A DNA stretch of 64,000 nucleotides from a bacterium (GCA_020852295.1 JADZBC010000009.1:216058-280057), one strand, 5' to 3'. Shown: positions 46,128 to 55,926, numbered from the stretch's first letter. Program-made: numbers and translations. The notes: generated by a model from the letters alone, not told the origin.

Positions 46128-46787
46128 ATGGGGACTTTTTGTCCGCCGGCCGCAGCTATGGCTTACCGGAGTCTGGCTAGCTTGTTTGAGGCGAGAGGGT
46201 ACTCAGTCTCGATCAAAGCCATTCCTAAGCTGGGGTTAGGCAGAATCGACGAGGCGGCTAGGCAGCTTGCGGACGAGGTATTTCATACTTCACGTGCTGA
46301 GCGCTATGTTTTAGTCGGTCATAGTCAAGGCGCGTTGATTGCCCTGTATCATGCTCGCAGATATCCGTCCTTGGTCGAGGCGGTGTTTGGTTTTGGCGGT
46401 CCGTTCCACGGCACTTGGCTGGCAAATCTTGGCCGCTTGTCGAGGTTGCCAGCGGTCCGCACTATGGCCGCGCATTCGCGGTTTTTGCGTGAGTTGCGTG
46501 AAGATTCATCGTATGAGGCCGAGAATATTCATTCATTATACTCGGTCTTCGATGAGCTGGTCGTGCCGTGGTTCGCATCAACGGTAAGTGGGGCGAATAA
46601 CGTCGTCTTGGCGCCAGCTCGACTGCATCCATTGCTGGTGCGGCTGGGGCTAACTCGTAGTCGGGGAATCGAGTTAGTCGATGGTTGGGCGGATCATTTG
46701 GGCGTGATATGGCACCCGGCACTGCATCGGCAGGTTGATTTAGCGCTGGACCGGCTAGAGACAGATCGACTCGTGTTGGCGGCGTGA
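46128..46787 (+). CDS. alpha/beta hydrolase, lipase-like
   Basis: GHSQG nucleophile elbow (VGHSQGALIALY). The start is an internal Met of the 46050 ORF, so the start is uncertain. Confidence 0.5.
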   Translation: MGTFCPPAAAMAYRSLASLFEARGYSVSIKAIPKLGLGRIDEAARQLADEVFHTSRAERYVLVGHSQGALIALYHARRYPSLVEAVFGFGGPFHGTWLANLGRLSRLPAVRTMAAHSRFLRELREDSSYEAENIHSLYSVFDELVVPWFASTVSGANNVVLAPARLHPLLVRLGLTRSRGIELVDGWADHLGVIWHPALHRQVDLALDRLETDRLVLAA

Positions 46788-46847
46788 ATTCTCGCGATAT
46801 GTTGGATTTGTACCGTATTCTTTTATAGATGTCGCCGCCGCGGCATT

Positions 46848-46877
46848 GCCCCGCACTTTTGTGTGGGGCTTTTTTTT
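46848..46877 (+). terminator. hairpin GCCCCGCAC-TTTT-GTGTGGGGC followed by T8
   Basis: A 9-bp stem with one G-U pair and a long U-tract. Confidence 0.65.
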
Positions 46878-47071
46878 GGGTCAGATAGCTGGAAAATTAC
46901 TCGAGAATAAGCTATAATTCAGCGGTACTTTGAAAGTGGGTATTGATGGGGTGCGCGCTAAGTTGGTGTCTTGTCATTTATGACAAGCTATAAAATCTTC
47001 AGGTGCCTTACCATCGCTAAAAACACAAAAGTAACGAAGTGATTAGAGAACATGCTTTGTTTGATAGATTA

Positions 47072-47147
47072 TGGGGTGTGGCCAAGTTGGTAAGGCGCCT
47101 GTTTCTGGCACAGGAGATCATAGGTTCGAGTCCTATCACCCCAGCCA
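47072..47147 (+). tRNA. tRNA-Gln (anticodon CUG), CCA encoded
   Basis: Cloverleaf: acceptor TGGGGTG/CACCCCA with a U1-A72 pair typical of bacterial tRNA-Gln. Anticodon stem CCTGT/ACAGG with loop TTCTGGC. T-arm ATAGG-TTCGAGT-CCTAT. Discriminator G plus CCA. Confidence 0.85.
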
Positions 47148-47306
47148 AATATATCAACAGAATATATAACCTATGCCTCATATTCTCATTGACGTCATTC
47201 GAAAGAGACATAAAGAACAGAGTTGAAAAAGAGTCGTTTATCCGGCTCTTTTTGCTTGCCCATATCCACACTTGCGGCTCTATTCCGCTTATGAAATGAT
47301 AGTGAA

Positions 47307-47942
47307 ATGATGCAATCTGTACTATCGTACCTAGAATCGATCTCAGCTATCTTGCCGCTACCATTGTTTGTACTCATTGGTTCTCTGGCCGAAGAAATTA
47401 TCGCTCCAATACCATCGCCGTTCGTACTTACATTGGCAGGATCGTTGGCAGCTGCACAAAATGTCAACTTTATCTCCCTGATTGGCCTTGCCTTGATCGC
47501 GGCACTAGCCAAGACCGCCGGAAGCTATCTTTTCTATGTCGTGGCCGACAAAACAGAGGATATCCTAACCGGAAAATTTGGACGTCTGATAGGTTTTAGC
47601 CACAAAAGCATTGAGTCGATCGGTAAGAAACTTGAAAAAAGCTCACGGGATGAGATCGCCATATTTCTCTTGCGAGCCACGCCGCTCATTCCTACAGCAC
47701 CCGTTTCTGTCGTAGCCGGCCTTGTAAAACTCGAAGTAAAAAGATATCTCATCGCGAGTTTTGCTGGGCTCTGGGTACGAGCAATCTTTTTTCTATATAT
47801 GGGATATACCGCTCAGGGCACGTTATCTGACCTGACGAATCAGCTGTCAGGCTACGAGACGTATGGAAAAATATTTCTTTTGCTGATGGGGGTAGTAGGT
47901 GTTGTATATTTTTATAGAAAGCGCAAAAAGATACATTCGTAA
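47307..47942 (+). CDS. DedA/TVP38-family membrane protein
   Basis: A 211-aa polytopic protein with a VTT-like G-rich motif region. Confidence 0.55.
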   Translation: MMQSVLSYLESISAILPLPLFVLIGSLAEEIIAPIPSPFVLTLAGSLAAAQNVNFISLIGLALIAALAKTAGSYLFYVVADKTEDILTGKFGRLIGFSHKSIESIGKKLEKSSRDEIAIFLLRATPLIPTAPVSVVAGLVKLEVKRYLIASFAGLWVRAIFFLYMGYTAQGTLSDLTNQLSGYETYGKIFLLLMGVVGVVYFYRKRKKIHS

Positions 47943-47969
47943 TCATACAAACACAATCATGAAAGCATT

Positions 47970-49412
47970 TTGCTCTGTGGACGGGAGAGACACGTGAAGA
48001 TTTCGCAGCTAAAACTTAAGCCCTTACCGGTGCCGCCTGCGCTACGAAAGATTATCGGGCCTAGTTTTATCATTCTCGGCATGGGGCTCGGTACTGGTGA
48101 GATCATTCTGTGGCCATATTTAGTGAGTAACTATGGCATGGGCATCATATGGGGTGCTGTTCTGGGAATTTCCTTCCAGTTCATTATCAATATGGAGATC
48201 AGTCGCTATGCCCTAGCGCGTGGCGAAAGCGTTTTTGTTGGATACTCTCGTATGTTACGACGTTTGCCGATCTGGTTTGTGATCTCAACATTTATTCCCT
48301 GGATGTGGCCCGGCATTGCGGCTGTCTCGTCCGTCATCGTGGTGCATTTATTGAGACTAAGCCCCTCGAGTACGAAATGGGTCACCATCATCATTTTGCT
48401 TACAATCGGCATGATTTTGTCCTTCAGTAAGCTCATCTACTCAACGGTGGAGCGATTCCAGAAAGCGATTATTGCAATTGGTGTACCATCGCTGCTCGTC
48501 ATTAGTTATTTGGTGAGCGACCAAAGAACCGTCAATGCAACCCTCAACGGCTTGGTTGGCGTAGGGGAAGGCTACCTATTCTGGCCGCCAACAATAGCAG
48601 TTGCTACATTCTTGGCGGCAATGGCGTATTCGGGTGCGGGCGGTAATTTGAATCTGGCTCAATCTCTGTATGTTAAAGAGAAAGGCTATGGCATGGGGCG
48701 TTATTCTGCCAAACTAGCCAGCCTGTTTACGGGCGCAAGTCAGTCAAAAAAAGATGTCGCCCTCACCGGTGCTCGTTTTGCGATAAATAGACGTAATCTT
48801 GATCGTTATAATAGGTGGTGGCGAGTCATTAATATTGAGCATTTTATTGTTTTTTGGCTCACCGGAGTTATCACTTTGATTCTACTGGCGATTCTAGCGT
48901 ATGCAACCACGTATGGGATTAGTGGTGCCAGTAATAATATTAGCTTCGTGATTAGTGAAGCCGGTCTGATTGCTCAAAAGATCTCTCCACTTATCGGCAC
49001 TTTGTTTTTAGTAATTGTTGCTGCAACGTTATTTGGCACCCAGCTGAACATCTATGATGCCACGAGTCGGATCATAACAGAAAATGTTTTGCTTCTGATG
49101 CGGTCTGATGCGAAAGCATCCTCAAGGCAATTATCGCTCACTTACTACACGAGTCTGTGGCTATTTATCGTATCCGGAATCATCATTTTTCTACTTGATT
49201 TTGCTCAGCCGCTCCAGCTCATAATTATTGCTGCCGTTCTAAATGCAATTAGTATGTTTGTTCATACGGGTCTAACACTATTACTTAATAAAACAAAACT
49301 ACCAAGGCAAATACAGCCCTCAACTGCACATACGATAGCGATGCTTGTTGTTTTTGTATTCTACGGTGGCCTGAGTATGTATGTTGTGGTAGCAGAGCTA
49401 ATGAAGTTCTAG
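47970..49412 (+). CDS. Nramp-related divalent metal ion transporter (divergent)
   Basis: A roughly 11-TM protein. N-terminal IGPSFIILGMGLGTGEII resembles the Nramp GPG/DPGN region. Start uncertain (GTG at 47994 is possible). Confidence 0.45.
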   Translation: MLCGRERHVKISQLKLKPLPVPPALRKIIGPSFIILGMGLGTGEIILWPYLVSNYGMGIIWGAVLGISFQFIINMEISRYALARGESVFVGYSRMLRRLPIWFVISTFIPWMWPGIAAVSSVIVVHLLRLSPSSTKWVTIIILLTIGMILSFSKLIYSTVERFQKAIIAIGVPSLLVISYLVSDQRTVNATLNGLVGVGEGYLFWPPTIAVATFLAAMAYSGAGGNLNLAQSLYVKEKGYGMGRYSAKLASLFTGASQSKKDVALTGARFAINRRNLDRYNRWWRVINIEHFIVFWLTGVITLILLAILAYATTYGISGASNNISFVISEAGLIAQKISPLIGTLFLVIVAATLFGTQLNIYDATSRIITENVLLLMRSDAKASSRQLSLTYYTSLWLFIVSGIIIFLLDFAQPLQLIIIAAVLNAISMFVHTGLTLLLNKTKLPRQIQPSTAHTIAMLVVFVFYGGLSMYVVVAELMKF

Positions 49413-49478
49413 TTGGCAAAAACGATGTATGGCGCTTAGTCTCAATCTAGCTACTGAGTGTGTCAAACAATAAGAATC

Positions 49479-51152
49479 CTATACTTCGGGTTGTGGTACA
49501 AATCCGGTGTGCTGTGGATCTCCTTCGGGCGTGGTGTTGACCAGCGGGATGGAGTTGGCGCGCAGGTCGCGTACCCACTGGCGATCGCCACTAAATCCCG
49601 GCTGCGTCATCAGGGTATGACTCAAAAAGAGCCAGTTGAGTGCATTGGGGACGGTGGTGAATTCATAGTTGTGAGCCTTGGCGAGCAGGCGAGTTGATTC
49701 GCAGAGCCGTTCGTAGGCGATATGATCCGTCATGAGAGCATAGATTTTATCCACCCAGGCCTGAATATCTTCAGGATCGAGTACGTAGCCTGACTGCCCT
49801 GGGACGATCTGTAGTGGTATGCCGCCGCGCGATGAGCCGAGCACTGGGATGCCCTGCAGAATGGCATCAGTCACGCGCGATTCAAAACCCTCCTTGGTAG
49901 ATGGCTGCAGGGCGAGACTGCTGTGGCGCAAAAGGGCATTGATAGCAATGTCGTTAGCGGGGACGCGGGCGATCTTGATGTCATCTTTGATGTGCCAGTA
50001 TTTCTCGCGTCGCAGACGCATCATTTCATCAAGCAACGGCTTGCCATCAGGATCGTCAACCGAACCGTTGCCAATAATCGCAAGCTGAGGAATTTGTTCG
50101 GTTCGGAGTCCGTGGCTGCGCATCATGTCATGCGCTCGCGCGTAGGCTTCGAGGGCAATTGGCATACCCTTGGAGGGGTCGAACCGGGCAATCAGGGCAA
50201 TGTAGCGGCGACTAGTAGTGAGCGGTTTCTGTTGTTCGTTTTTCTGGAGTTGGGCGTTGATAAAACCAAGTCCGACGAGCGACTCGATATGGGTGAGTGG
50301 TCGATTGAGATCGTCGAGCGGATCGCTGGTGGCCGGCATGAAGACAACCTTTTCGTTGGGCACATCGGGCGGTACAAATTCATCTTTCGGGTGGGTAATA
50401 AAGACGTCCGCTCGCTTCACTTGGTTGTGATTCCATATAAAATCCCAAGTGGTGTGTTGTGGTGTGCCGGGCGTACTCATGAGCTTGCCTTCAGTCTGGA
50501 TGTGGTCACGAAATAGAATCTTAGCACCCGGGTTGTAGCCAGGTTTTTTGGTGCTGCCCTTGATGAACGGGATTAATCCTGAGGGCTGCCAATCATCTAT
50601 CACGATCACGTCGGCTGAGCTGAGAGGCTCGCGTAGAGTCCGAGCATTGTGCTCGATCCACCGATTGTAGATCTCTTTGTCCTCCGCGGTGAGGTGCACT
50701 TCGGGATCAGCTACACCCTGAAGGACGTTGTGGAATTTGTGCTTGGTGATATCAAACGCCGCCTGGTCGGGCGTGAGGACATACCAATGGGCATCGATGC
50801 CGACCAATTGCAGAAGGGCGATCAGTGGCGCGCGCATGATGGCAACGCCGCCACCCTCGGCTGTCGCGTTGACGAAGATGATTTTTTTACCGCGCAGCGC
50901 TTCGCTGTAGGTTTTGAGCAGGGCAATGTCGCGACCTGACCCGGCTGCATTATAGTCGTTGGCGCTGATCTTGCTGCGAATATGTACTTCACGCGTTTGC
51001 TCGTCAAGCAATTTCTCAAACGTATGATGTTTAACTACAGAAAAGCTGCCTCTTGTGTGAGGTGGCTGCTGTCTTGATTGAAGTCGATTTTTTATTTTGG
51101 CGAGCATTTTTATTTTGGTTATGTTACCTACAATTATACGCTCTTCAGTCAA
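49479..51152 (-). CDS. GT4-family glycosyltransferase with an N-terminal extension
   Basis: C-terminal GT-B domain with an E-x7-E motif (EGFESRVTDAILQGIPVL). Size is 557 aa. Confidence 0.65.
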   Translation of the reverse strand: MTEERIIVGNITKIKMLAKIKNRLQSRQQPPHTRGSFSVVKHHTFEKLLDEQTREVHIRSKISANDYNAAGSGRDIALLKTYSEALRGKKIIFVNATAEGGGVAIMRAPLIALLQLVGIDAHWYVLTPDQAAFDITKHKFHNVLQGVADPEVHLTAEDKEIYNRWIEHNARTLREPLSSADVIVIDDWQPSGLIPFIKGSTKKPGYNPGAKILFRDHIQTEGKLMSTPGTPQHTTWDFIWNHNQVKRADVFITHPKDEFVPPDVPNEKVVFMPATSDPLDDLNRPLTHIESLVGLGFINAQLQKNEQQKPLTTSRRYIALIARFDPSKGMPIALEAYARAHDMMRSHGLRTEQIPQLAIIGNGSVDDPDGKPLLDEMMRLRREKYWHIKDDIKIARVPANDIAINALLRHSSLALQPSTKEGFESRVTDAILQGIPVLGSSRGGIPLQIVPGQSGYVLDPEDIQAWVDKIYALMTDHIAYERLCESTRLLAKAHNYEFTTVPNALNWLFLSHTLMTQPGFSGDRQWVRDLRANSIPLVNTTPEGDPQHTGFVPQPEV

Positions 51153-51177
51153 GGATTCAACCGCACAATAGATGCAG

Positions 51178-51711
51178 CTACATGCTTGGCATGGACATAA
51201 AGTTGACGTTCGAAGGAATACTTAGCTTTGCTTCATCGACGGTCCAGCTGGAACATTTAAGTTCAAATTTCTGGTTTGGGTCGGCAGCGTTTGAATTTCC
51301 GTTCGAACCCTTACCGCTTGTGAGTGTTGACTTATTGTAGATAAAACCAACAGTTTTGCCATCTGTCTCGGTCCATCCGTAGACCTTGTCATTGAGCAGT
51401 AGCGTATTGATCGTACCGCTATTTCCCTTGGTAGCCTTTACGTCTATCGTCATGAGGCCGCGTGCTTTGCCATCAGTGTACATCTTACCTAGCCCGTTAC
51501 CGCTGCTGCTGGTGTAGCTGAAGGTACATTGACGGGCGCTGCCCGCATCGACGATCGAGAAGATATTGCCGCTTTCAGACGTCTGCTCGGTACTTTGCTT
51601 GCTAGTGCTCTCAGTTGTTTGCTGGGCTGGCTTTGCAAAGACAAAATAGCTCATCAGACCAGCTACGATACCAACTACGAAAATCGCCCCAATGATAAGT
51701 TTAGACTTCAT
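51178..51711 (-). CDS. hypothetical secreted protein
   Basis: N-terminal signal peptide MKSKLIIGAIFVVGIVAGLMSYFVFA. Ser/Thr-rich region. Confidence 0.45.
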   Translation of the reverse strand: MKSKLIIGAIFVVGIVAGLMSYFVFAKPAQQTTESTSKQSTEQTSESGNIFSIVDAGSARQCTFSYTSSSGNGLGKMYTDGKARGLMTIDVKATKGNSGTINTLLLNDKVYGWTETDGKTVGFIYNKSTLTSGKGSNGNSNAADPNQKFELKCSSWTVDEAKLSIPSNVNFMSMPSM

Positions 51712-51825
51712 ATTTTTCTCCTTACATATAGACTCAGGATACTCCCGAGGAGAGAATTATTAAAGACTAGAATGCTTAAGTATTTACCCGCGGAGTATAA
51801 TAGTAAGTAGGAAGAGAGGTGCATT

Positions 51826-52332
51826 ATGAAGCTACCAAATACCTACACAGACAAAAATGAAACAGGTTGCTGCGCTGTGCCAAATGTCTCGGCGTGGAAC
51901 GAGAAAGAGGTGAGTTTTGAGGATAAGAAATTTATCCGGCAGTACACCCGTAGTTTTCTGTTTATACCTCTCAACATGGCTAAAGTCATGACTCAGCTGC
52001 AGAAAATTGCCGCCGAAGCTCACGTCGAAGTGGATCCAAAGGAAGTGATGATATTGAGCCGCGATCTATTGCCGTGGAAAGCAGAGCAGCTCTATGCGGT
52101 GAGCAAAGAGGTGCCCGGGGCAGATAACGTGACATTGTCAGGAGATTTTCTGACCCAAACGTTCGAAGGTCCATATAGTGATGCAAAAAAATGGTATGAC
52201 AGTCTGACGGCGTTTGCGAAAAAGAAAGCCAAGACAGTGGAGCGTGTTTATTTGTTTTACACCACGTGCCCAAAATGTGCTAAGCACTATGGCAAAAACT
52301 ATACGATCGGCCTCGCGAAGATAGCCAGCTAA
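51826..52332 (+). CDS. hypothetical protein (168 aa)
   Basis: ORF with native composition. Cys pairs CC...CPKC. Confidence 0.4.
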   Translation: MKLPNTYTDKNETGCCAVPNVSAWNEKEVSFEDKKFIRQYTRSFLFIPLNMAKVMTQLQKIAAEAHVEVDPKEVMILSRDLLPWKAEQLYAVSKEVPGADNVTLSGDFLTQTFEGPYSDAKKWYDSLTAFAKKKAKTVERVYLFYTTCPKCAKHYGKNYTIGLAKIAS

Positions 52333-53249
52333 TCGCGTCTGCGCAGAAAATACCAGGCTAAGGCGGCGCTCATGGCGCCGGCGATGAGTGCTATGATCCA
52401 AAAAGTCATCGGGTGGCTTTCGTCGCCCGGTAGTTTGACGTTCATGCCATACAGTCCGGAAATCATGGTCGGAATGGTCAGTGCTAGTGTGATGACAGTA
52501 AGTAGCCGGATGGTCTCATTGAGTCGTGTATCCATAACTGCTCGAAACGAATCGCGCACGTTCGTGATAGTACGTAGCAAGCTCTTACAGCGGGCGATAA
52601 CCTGCTCGAGCTCGATCGACAAATCCTCAACTAAATCTTTGTCTTCATCAAATTTCTTTAACTTGCCGCCAAGCAGTCTCTCGACAACTTCATTGGTCGG
52701 CAGGAGTGCATCAAGAAAGTCATTGAGCTGACGCTCATACTCTACAAACACAGCAATATCCTCGGAGCGGAGGCTGGTAAACTTGCGAATCGCCACGCGT
52801 AATTGCCGATTGATTGCAGCAACTTTTTGCTGGTACTCAACCACAACTCGCTCAAGTAGCAGCAGTACCAGCTGTGACTGCATGGTGGTAGCGATCGGGA
52901 CCTTTTCTACTAGTGGTTGCCACAGACTGCCCAGTGAATCGTGGCAAACTGTTACGACGCAATCTTTGTGGACGATAAACATGATCGGGGTAGTAAAGTC
53001 ACCTTGGCTCTCATCGAGCATTGGTGCACGAATGATGAAATAAGTATTTGGGCCGACCGTCTCTAGGCGGGGAATCTCATAGGGGTCAAGCGCGTCAGTC
53101 ACGAGATCCTGGTCGACGCCGAGCTGATCGACGAGCTGACTTACCTCGGTCTCATTTGGGTTTTCAATGCGCACCCAGCAACCCTTCTGCAGCTCCTTGA
53201 TGGTCTGGGGGTGGGGCGAGGCGAGCGAACTAAAAAGAATCTTTTGCAT
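52329..53249 (-). CDS. corA: magnesium transporter CorA
   Basis: Two C-terminal TM helices with the YGMNV (GMN) signature. Confidence 0.85.
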   Translation of the reverse strand: MQKILFSSLASPHPQTIKELQKGCWVRIENPNETEVSQLVDQLGVDQDLVTDALDPYEIPRLETVGPNTYFIIRAPMLDESQGDFTTPIMFIVHKDCVVTVCHDSLGSLWQPLVEKVPIATTMQSQLVLLLLERVVVEYQQKVAAINRQLRVAIRKFTSLRSEDIAVFVEYERQLNDFLDALLPTNEVVERLLGGKLKKFDEDKDLVEDLSIELEQVIARCKSLLRTITNVRDSFRAVMDTRLNETIRLLTVITLALTIPTMISGLYGMNVKLPGDESHPMTFWIIALIAGAMSAALAWYFLRRRD

Positions 53250-53257
53250 AAGGAGCC

Positions 53258-53746
53258 CTAAACTTTAAAGACAAGCCCGACGAGTACGCCGAGCAGTGCT
53301 GCCATGCCACCGACAAACAAAATCTTAAGGCCACCTTTGATGGGACTAACATGAATTAGTTTGCCTTTGACGTAGCCAAGCAGAAACAGGCCGATAAGTG
53401 CAAAGACAATTGAAAAGATCAGTGAGCCGGGGTAGTTAAAGAACACCACTGGCAGGAGCGGTACGAGCCCGGCCAGGAAGTAGGATACGAGCATGAGCAG
53501 CCCACTGAGTAGTGGACCCTGGCTGTGGCGTTTTATCTTATCAATTTCCTGGACTGCATCATCACTCAGGTATTCACCAGCCCCCATTGAGAGGGCTTCA
53601 ATCGCGATCGCCACCGCGCCACCCAGCAACACTACCTTGCGGTCAGCTCCTACACTGAGGCCCGCAATCAGACCAGTGGTCGAGACTAGGCTGTCTTCGA
53701 TCCCAAAAATTACGCTTCGGACATACTCAAGGTTTGTTTTTTTCAT
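53258..53746 (-). CDS. VIT1/CCC1-family iron/manganese transporter (short form)
   Basis: FGIEDSLVSTTGLIAGL and GAGEYLS blocks. Four TM helices. Confidence 0.6.
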   Translation of the reverse strand: MKKTNLEYVRSVIFGIEDSLVSTTGLIAGLSVGADRKVVLLGGAVAIAIEALSMGAGEYLSDDAVQEIDKIKRHSQGPLLSGLLMLVSYFLAGLVPLLPVVFFNYPGSLIFSIVFALIGLFLLGYVKGKLIHVSPIKGGLKILFVGGMAALLGVLVGLVFKV

Positions 53747-53767
53747 ACTGATATCTTAGTGCAATCC

Positions 53768-54208
53768 CTACTTGCTGCCAAATAGTAGGTATATCGTTGG
53801 CATAAGTATAAAAAATAGAAACCCGAACATGCAAAGCATGGAAATAATAAATGAGAGAAAACCTTTAATAGGAACCGCATTATATTCGAATGGTTCATCG
53901 TCGAGTGGGGCAAACGGGCCTCGCCATCGTCGGATAGATAATGACCAGTACAAAAACCGGCCTGTTTTACGGATAAAGATAATATATGGGATGTAGAAAA
54001 AAAGGAGATATTCGACGAAAAACACATTCATGAAAATAATGAGCGGTACATACTCAGCTTGTTCAGTAGAGTTGGTTTCGCCGAGCTTGATGTAGAAGTA
54101 GCCAAGAATACCCATTACGACCGCATAATACAAAAGAAACGCTGCGATGCGTCGCCCAGTAACGAACGGGAAGTCCTTTGGTTGTTTGGCTATGTTTTTT
54201 GTTGCCAT
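53768..54208 (-). CDS. hypothetical polytopic membrane protein
   Basis: ORF with four hydrophobic helices. Confidence 0.4.
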   Translation of the reverse strand: MATKNIAKQPKDFPFVTGRRIAAFLLYYAVVMGILGYFYIKLGETNSTEQAEYVPLIIFMNVFFVEYLLFFYIPYIIFIRKTGRFLYWSLSIRRWRGPFAPLDDEPFEYNAVPIKGFLSFIISMLCMFGFLFFILMPTIYLLFGSK

Positions 54209-54261
54209 AGTAAAAGCTTAAGTGGTTCGCATGATAAAGGCAATTGCTCTTGTCAAAAGTA

Positions 54262-54343
54262 TTGCAATATTGCCTAATTTATGTTAGAGTATATTTTCCG
54301 CTCAATCCCGAGTGGTAACCCGTTCCCCGACAACTGGAGTGAC
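54262..54343 (+). promoter_or_regulatory. cassette 1 promoter (TTGCAA-17-TAGAGT) and leader with hairpin plus conserved CCCGTTCCCCGACA box
   Basis: The box at 54319-54332 is shared verbatim with cassettes 2 and 3. GGAG RBS. Confidence 0.5.
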
Positions 54344-54712
54344 ATGCCCAAGAAGAAGAACAACCCCAAGCTCGTGACCGGTGAGGTCAAGTGGACCCTG
54401 ACGGACCGAGGCAAGGCTGGTCGTTGCCACCACCTGGTGGACATCGATGGCAAGCGAGTGCGCGGCACCGCCGGCATCAAGCTGGACGGCTACTGCACCA
54501 TCGTCTACAACCCCGCCAACGAGACCATCCGCTTCGTCGAGCGTTCGATCATGGACATCGACGAGGTGCCGCGTGGCGCCAAGCTGGTCCTCGAGCACGT
54601 GGGCGACCCGGTCGCCCGCTGGGGCTTCCTCCCGGCCGATCTCGGCGGCAACCCGCCGGAGGGCACGGTCGTGATCATCGGCTCCTCGGAGCTGGCCACG
54701 GCCAACGCCTGA
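54344..54712 (+). CDS. hypothetical protein P1 (122 aa), high-GC cassette cargo
   Basis: GC3 about 90% by eye. GGAG RBS 6 nt upstream. Unique sequence. Confidence 0.55.
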   Translation: MPKKKNNPKLVTGEVKWTLTDRGKAGRCHHLVDIDGKRVRGTAGIKLDGYCTIVYNPANETIRFVERSIMDIDEVPRGAKLVLEHVGDPVARWGFLPADLGGNPPEGTVVIIGSSELATANA

Positions 54713-54732
54713 GACCTTCGGGTCGAACGGGA

Positions 54733-54804
54733 CCCGGGACGCAGTTGCGTCCCGGGGATCCCCCTGAGCTATCTTATGCAAAGATGGTTGAGGGGGATTT
54801 TTTG
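54733..54804 (+). terminator. conserved 3-prime element 1: CCCGGGACGC-AGTT-GCGTCCCGGG hairpin, then ATCCCCC-(TGAGC..GGTTGA loop)-GGGGGAT hairpin, then T6
   Basis: The two-hairpin module is repeated after each of the three cassettes. Confidence 0.6.
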
Positions 54805-54817
54805 TAGCTATACAATA

Positions 54818-54894
54818 TTGAAATTACATTATAAATATGTTAAAGTGATATGACCCTCTCACGAGGGCCCGTTCCCCGACACAAGGAGGCAGCA
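54818..54894 (+). promoter_or_regulatory. cassette 2 promoter (TTGAAA-17-TAAAGT) and leader with CCCTC-tcac-GAGGG hairpin plus CCCGTTCCCCGACA box
   Basis: Same architecture as cassettes 1 and 3. AAGGAGG RBS. Confidence 0.5.
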
Positions 54895-55269
54895 ATGCCC
54901 GAAAGCACCCAGACAATCCTCGCGGTTGTCAGCGAAGTCCATGCCCGGCACGCTCCGCACACCTTCGACGCCATGGGACTGTTCATTCTCGACAGTGATC
55001 AGCCCCACGACGCGTCGTATCGCGGTTTGCGTCCGCTCGGCTTCCGCTGTTCGCACTTCGATGAGCAGACAGGTCGAGTCTGGTTCGGTGACGTCGATGA
55101 GGCACACCGTGTCTCGGCGCCGTCCATCCGCGACCTGGAAGCCGGCCAACAGTTGGTCCTTATCCAGGAGCAGGCTGGTGAGTTGCTGTGGGGTCTGCCC
55201 ACGCCCACTCTCAAGGCGGCCCTCGACTACATGTTCGATGGGTTCATGCAGCTGGCCTACGGTGGCTGA
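54895..55269 (+). CDS. hypothetical protein P2 (124 aa), high-GC cassette cargo
   Basis: Perfect AAGGAGG RBS 7 nt upstream. GC3-rich. Unrelated to P1 and P3. Confidence 0.55.
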   Translation: MPESTQTILAVVSEVHARHAPHTFDAMGLFILDSDQPHDASYRGLRPLGFRCSHFDEQTGRVWFGDVDEAHRVSAPSIRDLEAGQQLVLIQEQAGELLWGLPTPTLKAALDYMFDGFMQLAYGG

Positions 55270-55288
55270 CACCTCGGCTGGAACGGGA

Positions 55289-55358
55289 CCTGAGGCGCGC
55301 AAGCGCCTCGGGAGTCCCCCTGAGCTATCTTATGCAAAGATGGTTGAGGGGGATTTTT
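55289..55358 (+). terminator. conserved 3-prime element 2: CCTGAGGCGC-GCAA-GCGCCTCGGG (GNRA loop), then TCCCCC-(TGAGC..GGTTGA)-GGGGGA, then T5
   Basis: The second hairpin is identical to element 1. The first hairpin is structurally equivalent with sequence covariation. Confidence 0.6.
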
Positions 55359-55362
55359 AGTA

Positions 55363-55449
55363 TTGAAAAAATTGTGTAATCATGCTATAGTATCAAAACT
55401 CTCTCAGCCGAGAGGGTATCCGTTCCCCGACAGATTAGATTGGACCCCG
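55363..55449 (+). promoter_or_regulatory. cassette 3 promoter (TTGAAA-17-TATAGT) and leader with CTCTC-tcagcc-GAGAG hairpin plus CCGTTCCCCGACA box
   Basis: The -35 starts right after the U-tract of element 2. The box lies at 55420-55432. Confidence 0.5.
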
Positions 55450-55926
55450 ATGACCCAACGCAATTCATCCTCCCGCCGTCCACGAGGTGATCAGCCTCGT
55501 CGTGCTGGAGGTACTCCCTCCCGTGCCGATGCCCGAACGGGCGGCACACGTACGGGCCAACCGCCGCGTCGCAAGATGTCGGCTACCACCCATCGAGCCA
55601 TCGTCAAGGTGCTCGACCCCCGCAACGAGGGTCAGTACTTCGGCTTCGTTCGACTGCTCGACGAGCAGGGTGTGCAGACCGGCGAGGAGGTCTACTTCCG
55701 CTGGAATGACGGCAGCCCCGTCGAGTACAAGCCGGGCGGCCACGTCTGGTTCGTCGACCCGAACAACAAGGGCGACCACAAGCGCAAGCCGGTGGTCGAG
55801 CGACCCATGCCGGGCGACCACATCGTCTGCCGTGTCGTGGTCACGCATCGCGGCAAGAAGGTCCTGATGTGGGGCTTCTACGACCGCGACCTCCACGAGG
55901 CAGCGATTCGTCAGGGTTGCGACTGA
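55450..55926 (+). CDS. hypothetical protein P3 (158 aa): Arg-rich disordered N-terminus plus OB-fold (cold-shock-like) domains
   Basis: AIVKVLDPRNEGQYFGFVRLLDEQG...EVYFRWNDG resembles the CSD signature GxVKWFNxxKGFGFI...DVFVHxS. High GC3. Confidence 0.5.
   Translation: MTQRNSSSRRPRGDQPRRAGGTPSRADARTGGTRTGQPPRRKMSATTHRAIVKVLDPRNEGQYFGFVRLLDEQGVQTGEEVYFRWNDGSPVEYKPGGHVWFVDPNNKGDHKRKPVVERPMPGDHIVCRVVVTHRGKKVLMWGFYDRDLHEAAIRQGCD

Noticed and set aside
46947-46968. tRNA-like 5-prime fragment (TGGGGTG...AAGTTGGTG) about 100 nt upstream of tRNA-Gln
   Set aside because: It shares the acceptor and D-loop 5-prime half with tRNA-Gln but has no T-arm or anticodon arm. At most it is a decayed partial duplicate, not a gene.
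47039-47299. 86-aa ORF on the plus strand covering tRNA-Gln
   Set aside because: It overlaps a well-formed tRNA cloverleaf. No RBS is present. It is AT-rich junk translation.
54391-55360. Alternative-frame ORFs (54391..54807, 54302..54781 minus, 54859..55302 minus, 54926..55360) in the cassette array
   Set aside because: They are Arg/Pro/Ala-rich shadow frames. The called frames have an RBS at correct spacing and GC3 near 90%.
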